Positions 1 through 8,669 of a stretch of 64,000 bases of DNA are shown here, one piece after another. The position numbers and the translations under genes are program-made. The notes beneath the pieces are model-generated. The model saw nothing but the letters and a program-made list of their open reading frames with translations. It had not been told where the DNA came from and searched no databases. Position 1 is the stretch's first letter, and each line of letters begins with the position of its first letter. Origin of the DNA: Acidobacteriota bacterium. GTDB taxonomy: Bacteria; Acidobacteriota; UBA890; WLXD01. The stretch is from assembly GCA_965248695.1 (NCBI GenBank), contig CBDFKD010000002.1:4000001-4064000 (forward strand), read 5' to 3'.

Positions 1-2
1 AC

Positions 3-1160
3 GGCCGGGTCTTCGTGACGGATTGGGCCGAGGACCCCGAGTCCCGAACGATCGACGGTACCGAGCGCCTGCTCGCTCTCGACGAGCAGACCGGGAGGAT
101 CCTCTGGACACACGCGTGGCAGACCAGCTACCGGATGCTGATGGCGTCGTATGCGATCGGACCGCGGGCCACTCCCACCGTCGACGGCGACCGTGTCTAC
201 GTGCTCGGCGCCACCGGCAGGCTCTTCTGCCTCGACGTGGAGACCGGCGCGGTCCGGTGGGAGATCGATTACGCGGAGGAATACGGCACCAGCATCCCGA
301 CCTGGGGCACCACGAGCGCGCCCCTCGTCGACGGGGACCTACTGATCGGGGTAGTCGGCGCCGAACCGGATGGCATGGTGATGGCGTTCGACAAGCTCAC
401 TGGCGCAGATCGCTGGCGCTCGGTCCGCGTCACCGGTGAGATGGGCTACAGCCAACCGGTGATCTATCGAGCCGGTGGCGTCCGTCAGCTGATCGTGTGG
501 CATGCCTCCGGGCTCGTCTCGTTGGATCCGGGCAGCGGCGCGATCTACTGGGAGCAGCCGATCGAGGCGGGCGCCGGCATGGCGGTCGCTACCCCGGTCA
601 AGGGGGGTGATTATCTCTTGGTCTCCCAGCTCCACCACGGCTCGACGATGATGCGGCTGAGCTCGGACCGACCGGCCGCGACGATGTTGTGGCAGGGGAC
701 GAGCCGCAGCGTGGACCGGCCCGACGGACTCCACTCGACGATCAGCGGCCCGATCATCATCGGCGACTATCTCTACGGCCTGGGCGTGAACGGTGAGCTC
801 CGTGGTCTCGACGCTCGGAGCGGTGAGCGCGTGTGGGAAGACCTGACGATGAACGCCGCTGAGCGCCAGCAGTGGGGCGTTATCCGGTGGGGTACGGCGT
901 TCATGGTGCGACAGGGTGACCGCTACTTCATGAACAGCGACGAGGGCAACCTGATCATTGCGCGGTTCACCCCCCAGGGCTACGAGGAGCTCAGCCGGAC
1001 ACGGCTGATCGAACCGACGACCAGTGCCGGCCTTGGCGCGGTTCGCCGCTACGACCGTCTCGTCAACTGGACGCACCCCGCATACGCGAACCGCCACATC
1101 GTGCACCGCAACGATCGCCAGATCCTCCGCGCCTCGCTGTCGGCGGCCGACTACGACTAG
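3..1160 (+). CDS. PQQ-binding-like beta-propeller protein (5' truncated by window edge)
   Basis: Frame is open from nt 3 (GRVFVTDW...). Motifs GPRATPTVDGDRVY, LFCLDVETGAVRW, GYSQP and C-terminal WTHPAYAN are typical of BamB/PQQ-like propellers. Confidence 0.85.
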   Translation, partial: GRVFVTDWAEDPESRTIDGTERLLALDEQTGRILWTHAWQTSYRMLMASYAIGPRATPTVDGDRVYVLGATGRLFCLDVETGAVRWEIDYAEEYGTSIPTWGTTSAPLVDGDLLIGVVGAEPDGMVMAFDKLTGADRWRSVRVTGEMGYSQPVIYRAGGVRQLIVWHASGLVSLDPGSGAIYWEQPIEAGAGMAVATPVKGGDYLLVSQLHHGSTMMRLSSDRPAATMLWQGTSRSVDRPDGLHSTISGPIIIGDYLYGLGVNGELRGLDARSGERVWEDLTMNAAERQQWGVIRWGTAFMVRQGDRYFMNSDEGNLIIARFTPQGYEELSRTRLIEPTTSAGLGAVRRYDRLVNWTHPAYANRHIVHRNDRQILRASLSAADYD

Positions 1161-1170
1161 GGGCGATCTA

Positions 1171-1686
1171 CTACCGGAGGAGCGGCCGCGTCGATCGCGC
1201 CCCGCGGGCGACGAACGCCTCGCACTCGGCGAAGTCGTCGTCGTCTCCCATCACTGCCTTGTGGTGGGCGGCCATGTGGCTGAACGACGCATCGGTTCCG
1301 AACCACTCGTTGACAGTGCCCTTACCCTTCTTCTTGCCCTTGATGTCGATCGCGGTGTGGACGTCGAAGCCCGGGCATCCTCCCTGCAACCATGTGCGCT
1401 TCATCCGCTTGTCCGACATCCAGCGTCCCTCGTCGCATGCGTCGACGATGACCCACGTATGGTCGTCGAAGAGACAGGCCGTGAAGGGGTCCGGGAAGTC
1501 GAAATCGTCGCCCCACTTGTTCCCGTCGTCCAGACCATCCAGGTTCGTCACGTCGAACACCCACACCTTCGTGAGCACCCCCGTGGCGCCGCCCTGAGCC
1601 GCACCGGCGGCGCCACTTGTGGGCGCCATCAAGAGGAGCACCAAGATCCCGGCCACCGCTACCCAACGCTCCCATCGATTGCGCAC
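1171..1686 (-). CDS. Hypothetical secreted protein
   Basis: GGAGG upstream of GTG at 1686, N-terminal hydrophobic signal (WVAVAGILVLLLMAPTSGA), coding-like composition; no family recognised. Confidence 0.6.
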   Translation of the reverse strand: MRNRWERWVAVAGILVLLLMAPTSGAAGAAQGGATGVLTKVWVFDVTNLDGLDDGNKWGDDFDFPDPFTACLFDDHTWVIVDACDEGRWMSDKRMKRTWLQGGCPGFDVHTAIDIKGKKKGKGTVNEWFGTDASFSHMAAHHKAVMGDDDDFAECEAFVARGARSTRPLLR

Positions 1687-1961
1687 GCTGCACCTCCCTG
1701 TCATCTCGGCCGTTGTGGCCCATCATCCCTCGAGCGCCGTCCCGATCCCGCTGATAACGCTCCCGTGGTTCCGTCGGAACGATATCCTCGGAATCCAACA
1801 CCGCATGGCAGCGTACCGCCACGGCCGACAGAGGTCGACCGCAGCGGTCACCACAGTGGTCATTGGATCTCGTCGGCCCCCGGCGATAGGCTTCACGCGC
1901 TCATCCGAACGCTTTCCCAGGACTGCGCCGAGAAATCCACGATCAGGAGGTGGCTAGCCCG

Positions 1962-2273
1962 ATGACCGTTCAAGAGCTCGTTACGCGCTTCCCCGAGATT
2001 CCGGCCGATCTGCATCAGGAACCGCTGCTGGCGGAGTTCGCCACCACGCTCGGCGATCTGCTGGCGGTCGCCAGGGATCCGAGCGCCTGTGCGGCCGAGT
2101 ACGATGCCGCCAACCACTACTACCTCGGCTTGATCGGCCCGTTGAAGATCTACATGTACGGGTTGTCGAGTCGAGACAAGGCGCTGGAGCATCTGAGCGA
2201 CACGCTGGAGCGTCGCGCCGCTGACCATGACGGCTTCGCCGCTGGCCTGATCGCCGAGGGCGCTGCGAGATAG
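1962..2273 (+). CDS. Small hypothetical protein
   Basis: AGGAGG upstream; ATG at 1962 (alternative GTG at 1950); globular-looking sequence (RFPEIPADL...AANHYYLGLIGP). Confidence 0.7.
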   Translation: MTVQELVTRFPEIPADLHQEPLLAEFATTLGDLLAVARDPSACAAEYDAANHYYLGLIGPLKIYMYGLSSRDKALEHLSDTLERRAADHDGFAAGLIAEGAAR

Positions 2274-2350
2274 GGGCGACGCAGCCGGCCGGCACGTGGG
2301 AAGCCGCGGGGCCAGACGATCATCCTGAACAGCTACGCGGAGAAGATTAG

Positions 2351-2821
2351 ATGGCTCGGAGAATGTTTCTTGCGTTGGCGATGGTCGCGCTGGCTCTCGT
2401 GACAGGGGGGTGCAACGTCACCAACTTGTTCCTGGCCTTCGTGCCCGAGGTGATCTATCTCGACGGCGTGTGGACAGAGAAGGAGTGCCTGATCTTCACG
2501 GGCTCTCCGTTCGAGATTACGAGCGGCAAGTACAGGGTGCTTGGTAGTCTGCCGTCAGGAGCGCCGCCCCCGCGGGTGATCAAGTTCCGGTTTACTCGCT
2601 TTGGCGCCGATGAGCGGAGAATGGAGAAACGCCAGGTAAGGATCAAGGTCAACGACGATGGCACCATCGACGACACCGTAAACAACAAGAAGGAGCTCGC
2701 CCTCGACCAGGGGGACACTCTCTGCATCGCCATAAGACCCGAAGGAGCCGACATCCAGCGTTCATCGATCCGCGCGGGCCGAGAGCCACAGGTCGTGCTC
2801 AATGCTTTCAAGCTGGAGTAG
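2351..2821 (+). CDS. Hypothetical lipoprotein
   Basis: GGAG upstream; hydrophobic N-terminus ending in a lipobox-like TGGC. Confidence 0.65.
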   Translation: MARRMFLALAMVALALVTGGCNVTNLFLAFVPEVIYLDGVWTEKECLIFTGSPFEITSGKYRVLGSLPSGAPPPRVIKFRFTRFGADERRMEKRQVRIKVNDDGTIDDTVNNKKELALDQGDTLCIAIRPEGADIQRSSIRAGREPQVVLNAFKLE

Positions 2822-2847
2822 GCTGGCCAAAAAGGGGCCGCACCAAG

Positions 2848-3246
2848 ATGGCGGATAGCAACGGATCTGAGAAGGCAATCGCCCTCATGTCCCGGGCGGT
2901 GGGAGTGCTGGTGCCCGCGGCCGTGGGCGGGGTCCTCTTCTTCTGGTTGTTCGCCGCCTTCGATACGTTCGTCGGAATCCCGAATCCTGCCCGCCGGGTG
3001 CTCCTCGGTGTCGCAATGGCACCCTGGGCGTTGCTGTTCTTCTTGCTGATTCCTTACGCGGCGGTCAGAGGAATCAGCTGGTTTCGTAGCGCCCCGCAGG
3101 CTGAGAGCAGTGCCACGGTCCGCACGATGCGCGGCGTCTTCCTCAGCCTCATCGTCGTGGCCATGATTCTGAGCGGCGCCCTCGACCCGCTCTTCGACCG
3201 GATCGTCGGCTTCCTCAACACAGTGCGGACAAGTCTGTTCGGCTGA
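2848..3246 (+). CDS. Hypothetical membrane protein (about 3 TM segments)
   Basis: Three hydrophobic stretches; co-oriented 26 bp after the lipoprotein gene. Confidence 0.6.
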   Translation: MADSNGSEKAIALMSRAVGVLVPAAVGGVLFFWLFAAFDTFVGIPNPARRVLLGVAMAPWALLFFLLIPYAAVRGISWFRSAPQAESSATVRTMRGVFLSLIVVAMILSGALDPLFDRIVGFLNTVRTSLFG

Positions 3247-3324
3247 GACGAAGCCGTTATGGAGTTGATCTGTAGCCCGGGTGGGGCGGAAGCGGCCCGG
3301 CGCACCGAGGTGTGAATCCGGCGC

Positions 3325-4584
3325 TCACTCGCCTGGTGTCTGCCAGAGTGACAGCGACGAGGTGTCCTTGATGAGCACGCCTCGTCCCGTCGGTACCGGA
3401 TGCGCGTAGGTACTGCTCTCGGCGACCGAGTAGCGCGCCAGCGGCTGGAATTCTCCGCTGTCCGCTGGGAGCACGATGAGCTCGCCTCCATCGGTAAGGG
3501 CGACGAGGCGATTCGCGAGCCCCACTAGCGCTGCGTTGTCGCCCTCCCTGCCGCGGCTGGTCCACAGAGTCTCGCCAGTTGCGACGTCGATGGCGAAGAA
3601 CTGTCCGCTCTGCTTGTGGGAGAACCCGAACAGCCGGGAACCGAGGAGGACGGGCGAGCTCATGTACATGGGCAGGTCATCGTTGCGCCATAGCTCTGCC
3701 GATGTCCACGAGTCCCCGTCGCGGAGAAGTTCGACCGCGAAGACTCCGCGATCCAGTCCGGAGAAGATCAAGTGATCGCCATCGGCCACTGGCGTGACGA
3801 CGCTCTGGTCGTAGTCGGTCGTGAACGGGATCTGCCAAAGAACACGGCCGCTGTCTGCGGCCACCCCGACGATGTGAGCATCGGTTTGCGTCACGAGCTG
3901 ACGCTGCCCGTGGAGTTGCAGCAGAATCGGTGAGGTGTGTCCGGGGCCGTCGCCGCGCGTGGCCCAGATCGGCTCGCCGGTGTCGGCGTCGAATGCCGCG
4001 ATGGCGCCATCGTGGTAGCCGCCCACGTGAATGAAGACACGGTCGCCATCGACCAGCGGCGACGCCGACGCACCGTAGATTGGCGACGTGGTCGGGTACT
4101 CGCTGCCGAACTCGCGCCGCCAGGCGAGGTCGCCGGTTTCAGCGTCGTAGCAGGACAGGATGCCATCGATGCCGAACGTATAGAGCTTGCCGCCGGAAAG
4201 CGCCGGAGTGGACTTGGGTCCATCGCCGTGGGCTGTCGCCGATACGTTCACCTCGTAGGGGGCGGCGTAGGACTGTCGCCATATCGTGGCGCCGGTGCTC
4301 AGATCCAGCGCCCGTACGACCTCTTCGTCTGCTTCCCGCGTCAGCAGGTAGACACGATCTCCGGCGACCACCGGGCTCGAATACCCGCGTCCCACCTCGA
4401 CTTGCCAGAGTCGCTCGAGCCCGCTGGGTAGGACAGTAGGTAGAAATTCGGCCGCTCCTTTGCCGTCACGCTCCGGTCCCCGCCACTGTGTCCAATCCTG
4501 GCTGAACGCCACGGTCGGCGCGGCAGCCGACCAGACGAACGCCAGCAGCCAGACGGCGCACCGTACACCTCGCTCGTTTCTCAT
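3325..4584 (-). CDS. PQQ-binding-like beta-propeller protein, exported
   Basis: Signal peptide, DWTQWRGPERDG, GYSSPVVAGDRVY, GPKSTP, TYAHPV; GAGGAG RBS. Confidence 0.9.
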   Translation of the reverse strand: MRNERGVRCAVWLLAFVWSAAAPTVAFSQDWTQWRGPERDGKGAAEFLPTVLPSGLERLWQVEVGRGYSSPVVAGDRVYLLTREADEEVVRALDLSTGATIWRQSYAAPYEVNVSATAHGDGPKSTPALSGGKLYTFGIDGILSCYDAETGDLAWRREFGSEYPTTSPIYGASASPLVDGDRVFIHVGGYHDGAIAAFDADTGEPIWATRGDGPGHTSPILLQLHGQRQLVTQTDAHIVGVAADSGRVLWQIPFTTDYDQSVVTPVADGDHLIFSGLDRGVFAVELLRDGDSWTSAELWRNDDLPMYMSSPVLLGSRLFGFSHKQSGQFFAIDVATGETLWTSRGREGDNAALVGLANRLVALTDGGELIVLPADSGEFQPLARYSVAESSTYAHPVPTGRGVLIKDTSSLSLWQTPGE

Positions 4585-4692
4585 TCACTCCTCACGGCCA
4601 ATCCGAGTACCATCGCCGGCAGCCTAGCATCATGAGCTGCCCGAGGGGTGGTCACCGAACCACTGCGAGCTACCTGACAAAGGAAAACGAAC

Positions 4693-7113
4693 GTGCGTAG
4701 GGAAGCGCGAGTTGTCGTCATCGGAGGTGGGGTAGCGGGCTGCAGCGTCCTCTATCACCTTGCAAAGCTCGGGTGGAGCGACGTGGTCCTGGTCGAGAAG
4801 GACGAGCTGACCAGCGGCTCGACGTGGCACGCGGCCGGTCTGTGCACCCAGATGAACTCGAGCTTTAACCTGATGAAGCTCCTGCAGTACAGCATCGATC
4901 TGTACGGAAAGCTCGAAGCGGAAACCGGTCTGGAGGTCGGCTTCCATCAGTGCGGCAGTCTGCGTATCGGAACGTCGAAGGACCGCCTCGACGAATTCAA
5001 TCACCGCAAGGGCATTGCCGAGACGCTCGGCATCCCGTTCAACATCGTCACGCCCGCCGAAGCGCAGGAGCTCTTCCCGTTGGCAAGCTTCGATGATGCG
5101 CTCGTCGTGGCGCACCTGCCGACCGATGGGCACGTGGATCCGTCCGGCGTTACCCGGGCGCTGGCCAGCGGAGCAACCACCGGCGGCGCCGAAATCCTGC
5201 GGCACGCGGGGGTAACAGCGATCGAGCGGGACGGTGACTGCTGGCTCGTGCGGACGACGAAGGGCGACATCCGTGCCAAAGTGGTCGTCAATGCGGCAGG
5301 CCAGTGGGCCAGGGAGATCGGCCGCCTCGTAGGTATCGAGCTGCCGATTGTCTCCCTCGAGCACCACTACCTCGTTACGTCGGCACTACCGGAAGTGCAG
5401 GCACTCGCCTGCGAGCTGCCCGTGCTGAGAGACCCGGACTCCTCGTTCTACGTTCGCCAGGAGGAGGACTCTCTGCTCGTCGGCCCGTTCGAGCGCGAGA
5501 CCGTGACGTGGGGGCTCGACGGAATTCCGGACGACTTCCACAGTGCCTTGCTCAGACCCGTGATGGCCCGTCTGGAGGCGTGTCTCCTCGGCTGTGCCGA
5601 GCGCGTATCTGTTTTCGCCGACGCGCCAATCGAAACCATCATCAACGGCCCCGACGGCTACACACCGGATGGACACTGCCTCATGGGGCCGGTGCCGGGC
5701 CTGCCGAACTTTCACGTGCTGGCGGGGTTCAGCATCTTCGGCATCGTCTTCGGCGGTGGAGCTGGAAAGTACGCCGCTGAGTGGATCGTCGAGGGTCAGC
5801 CGAGCGACAACATGTGGGAGCTCGACGTGCGTCGGTTCGATGAGCAAGCGGCGAATCCCGGCTACGTCTCGGAACGTGCGCTCGAGGTCTATCGGCGCGA
5901 GTACGCCATTCACTTCCCTGAAGAGGAGCTTCCCGCCGGCCGGCCGTTGAAGACGGATCCACTGTACGAGGAGCTGCTCGCCAGGGGAGCCGTCTTCGGT
6001 GCCCGATTCGGGTGGGAGCGCCCGCTGTGGTTTGATCCGGATGGGCCGGGCGAGGATCAGTATTCGTTTCGGCGCGGGAACTGGCACGACGCGGTGGGCC
6101 GGGAATGTGCCGCGGTTCGATCCGCGGTCGGGGTCCTCGACCAGGCGAGCTTTGCCAAGTACGAGGTCTCCGGACCGGGAGCCGAGAGCTTTCTCGATCG
6201 CCTTTGCGCCAACCGGCTTCCGAAGAGCGACGGGCGGATGGTCCTGACCCAGATGTGCACGCCCAAGGGTGGGATCGAGTGCGATGTCACGGTGACCAAG
6301 CTCGGTGAGGATCACTACTACGTCGTCTCGGCAGCTGCGACGGAGCTCCACGACTACGCGTGGATCGAGCGCCATCTGCCCGCCGACGGCAGCGTCAGCT
6401 TGTTGAACACGACAAGCAGCGTTGCGACCCTGACGGTGGCGGGCCCCCGCTCACGCGATCTCATCCAGCCGCTCACCAGCACCGACATCTCGAGGCGTGG
6501 ATTCCCCTTCTTCCGCTGCCAGGAGCTCCGCGTCGGCAGCGTGCCCGTGCGCGCGCTGCGCGTTTCCTTCGTCGGCGAGCTCGGCTACGAGCTGCACACT
6601 CCCATGGAGCACCAGCGAACGCTCTACGAACTGTTGATGAAAGAAGGCGAACAGCACGGGATCGTCGATTGGGGGTATCGGGCGCTCGATTCGATGCGAC
6701 TGGAGAAGGCGTACCGGCTCTGGGGAGCCGACATGTCGGCCGACTGGACGCCGCTGCAGGCTGGAATGGGGCGCTTCGTCGCTTTCGACAAGGGCAACTT
6801 CATCGGTCGCGAGGCGCTTCTCGAGGAGCAGAAGCGGGGTGTCGACTACAGTCTCGCCTGTCTGGTCATCGACGCCGCCGACGCGGATGCACATGGCTAT
6901 GAGCCCGTCTACGCCGATGGCAAGCCGATTGCCTACATCGCCTCGGGTGGCTATGGCCATACTGTTCAGAAATCGATCGGTTTCGCATACTTGCCGGTCG
7001 CGTACGTCGAACCCGGCACTGAACTGGAGGTTGGCATCCTCGGTGAGCGCCGATCTGCTCAGGTCGTCGAGCAGCCGCTCTACGACCCCGGTAATGAGCG
7101 ACTGCTCAGCTGA
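4693..7113 (+). CDS. GcvT-family FAD-dependent oxidoreductase (dimethylglycine/sarcosine dehydrogenase-like)
   Basis: VVIGGGVAG, SGSTWHAAG, YTPDG, GWERP, SFVGELGYELH, SMRLEKAY, C-terminal PLYDP. Confidence 0.92.
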   Translation: MRREARVVVIGGGVAGCSVLYHLAKLGWSDVVLVEKDELTSGSTWHAAGLCTQMNSSFNLMKLLQYSIDLYGKLEAETGLEVGFHQCGSLRIGTSKDRLDEFNHRKGIAETLGIPFNIVTPAEAQELFPLASFDDALVVAHLPTDGHVDPSGVTRALASGATTGGAEILRHAGVTAIERDGDCWLVRTTKGDIRAKVVVNAAGQWAREIGRLVGIELPIVSLEHHYLVTSALPEVQALACELPVLRDPDSSFYVRQEEDSLLVGPFERETVTWGLDGIPDDFHSALLRPVMARLEACLLGCAERVSVFADAPIETIINGPDGYTPDGHCLMGPVPGLPNFHVLAGFSIFGIVFGGGAGKYAAEWIVEGQPSDNMWELDVRRFDEQAANPGYVSERALEVYRREYAIHFPEEELPAGRPLKTDPLYEELLARGAVFGARFGWERPLWFDPDGPGEDQYSFRRGNWHDAVGRECAAVRSAVGVLDQASFAKYEVSGPGAESFLDRLCANRLPKSDGRMVLTQMCTPKGGIECDVTVTKLGEDHYYVVSAAATELHDYAWIERHLPADGSVSLLNTTSSVATLTVAGPRSRDLIQPLTSTDISRRGFPFFRCQELRVGSVPVRALRVSFVGELGYELHTPMEHQRTLYELLMKEGEQHGIVDWGYRALDSMRLEKAYRLWGADMSADWTPLQAGMGRFVAFDKGNFIGREALLEEQKRGVDYSLACLVIDAADADAHGYEPVYADGKPIAYIASGGYGHTVQKSIGFAYLPVAYVEPGTELEVGILGERRSAQVVEQPLYDPGNERLLS

Positions 7114-8663
7114 TGACTCCTGTAGTGAGGTTCTCCCAGGTCGCCGCACCGCCCACGCTAGCAATCCTGCTGCTCGCCGGGTTTGGCCAGGCGGCAGCGC
7201 CCCAGGCCGATTGGGAGATGACCGCCCGCATCCGCGAGGAGGGCTTCCAACGCTCGCAGCTCGCCGACACGGTTTCCTACATGACCGACGTGCTCGGGGC
7301 GCGACTGACGGTTTCGCCCGGCATGCGGCGCGCACAGCGATGGGCGATCGGCGAGATGGAGCGCATCGGCCTGGCGAACATCGAGATCGAGCCGTTCATG
7401 GACTACGGCATCAGTTGGAGCAACGATTACGTATCGCTGCACCTGCTCGAGCCCGACTACCAGCCGATGGTCGGGTACCCGCTGAGCCACACACCTGGAA
7501 CTGATGGCGCCCAGCAACTCCAGGTCGTTGTCGCGGACGTCCGAACTCGCGACGAGCTCGAACTTCTGCGCGGCACTTTGAACGGCAAGGCCGTGCTGGC
7601 AACGTCGCCCGCGGTCATTGATCTCGCCAGGCTCAATGCCGGTGTAACACCACTGAACGAGGACGATCTACGGGAGCTCGAACAGATGGGCCCTCCGCGG
7701 CCACCGCGCCCGGAGCCCAACCCTGCCCATATCACCGAGGGCGAACGGATGAGCTTCTTCAAGGCCGAGGGTGTCGAGACGGTCCTCAGATCGAGCACCA
7801 GGACCGGTCGGCCCGGCGCGGTCAGAGGCGCAGCCCGCCCGGGAACCAGAGTCGATCGGTGGGCTCGTCGGGAAAGCCTCGAATCCCTGCCGATCGTGGT
7901 GATAACGCCGGAGCACTACAACCGCATGTACCGGGTGGTCCGGCGTGGCATCGACGTGCGCATCGAGATCGAGGTGCGCAACACCATCGGTGACGAGGTG
8001 CAGCAAGCGGCCAACGTGCTCGGGGAGATCCCCGGGTCGGATCTGGCCGACGAAGTGGTGATGCTCGGTGCCCACTTCGACACCTGGCATGCGAGCCCCA
8101 ATGCCAGCGACAACACGTCTGGTGTGGCGGTGATGCTGGAAGCTGCGCGCATCCTGAAGGCACTCGGGGTACAGCCACGTCGAACGATCCGGCTGGCGTT
8201 GTGGTCCGGGGAGGAACAAGGTCTCTTCGGGTCGCGCGCCTACGTGAAGAATCACTTCGGTGACCCCGGCGATGCCGACGTCGGTGCCAAAGACGCCTAC
8301 GAGACGTTCTCCGTCTACTTCAACCAGGACTACGGCGTTGGCAAGTTTCGCGGTGTCTACCTGCAGGGCAACGAACATGTGCGGCGCACGTTCACCGCCT
8401 GGATGGAGCCGTTCCGGGATCTCGGCATGACGACGCTATCGCCCCGTAGCGTCGGCAACACCGACCACATACCGTTCAACGAGGTCGGGTTGCCGGCATT
8501 CCAGTTCCTCCAGGACCGCGCCGGTGGCACTGCCGGCCACACCAACCTGGATTTCTTCGATACGCTGCCGATCGAAGATCTCAAGCACAACGCCGTAATC
8601 GTCGCAGCTTTCGTGTATCACGCCGCGATGAGCGACGAGCGAATGCCGCGCAAGGGGCGTTGA
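7113..8663 (+). CDS. M28-family metallopeptidase (carboxypeptidase Q-like), exported
   Basis: GAHFDTWH, ASDNTSG, WSGEEQGLFGS, TDHIPF; TGATG overlap with the upstream gene. Confidence 0.88.
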   Translation: MTPVVRFSQVAAPPTLAILLLAGFGQAAAPQADWEMTARIREEGFQRSQLADTVSYMTDVLGARLTVSPGMRRAQRWAIGEMERIGLANIEIEPFMDYGISWSNDYVSLHLLEPDYQPMVGYPLSHTPGTDGAQQLQVVVADVRTRDELELLRGTLNGKAVLATSPAVIDLARLNAGVTPLNEDDLRELEQMGPPRPPRPEPNPAHITEGERMSFFKAEGVETVLRSSTRTGRPGAVRGAARPGTRVDRWARRESLESLPIVVITPEHYNRMYRVVRRGIDVRIEIEVRNTIGDEVQQAANVLGEIPGSDLADEVVMLGAHFDTWHASPNASDNTSGVAVMLEAARILKALGVQPRRTIRLALWSGEEQGLFGSRAYVKNHFGDPGDADVGAKDAYETFSVYFNQDYGVGKFRGVYLQGNEHVRRTFTAWMEPFRDLGMTTLSPRSVGNTDHIPFNEVGLPAFQFLQDRAGGTAGHTNLDFFDTLPIEDLKHNAVIVAAFVYHAAMSDERMPRKGR

Positions 8664-8669
8664 TCTCGC

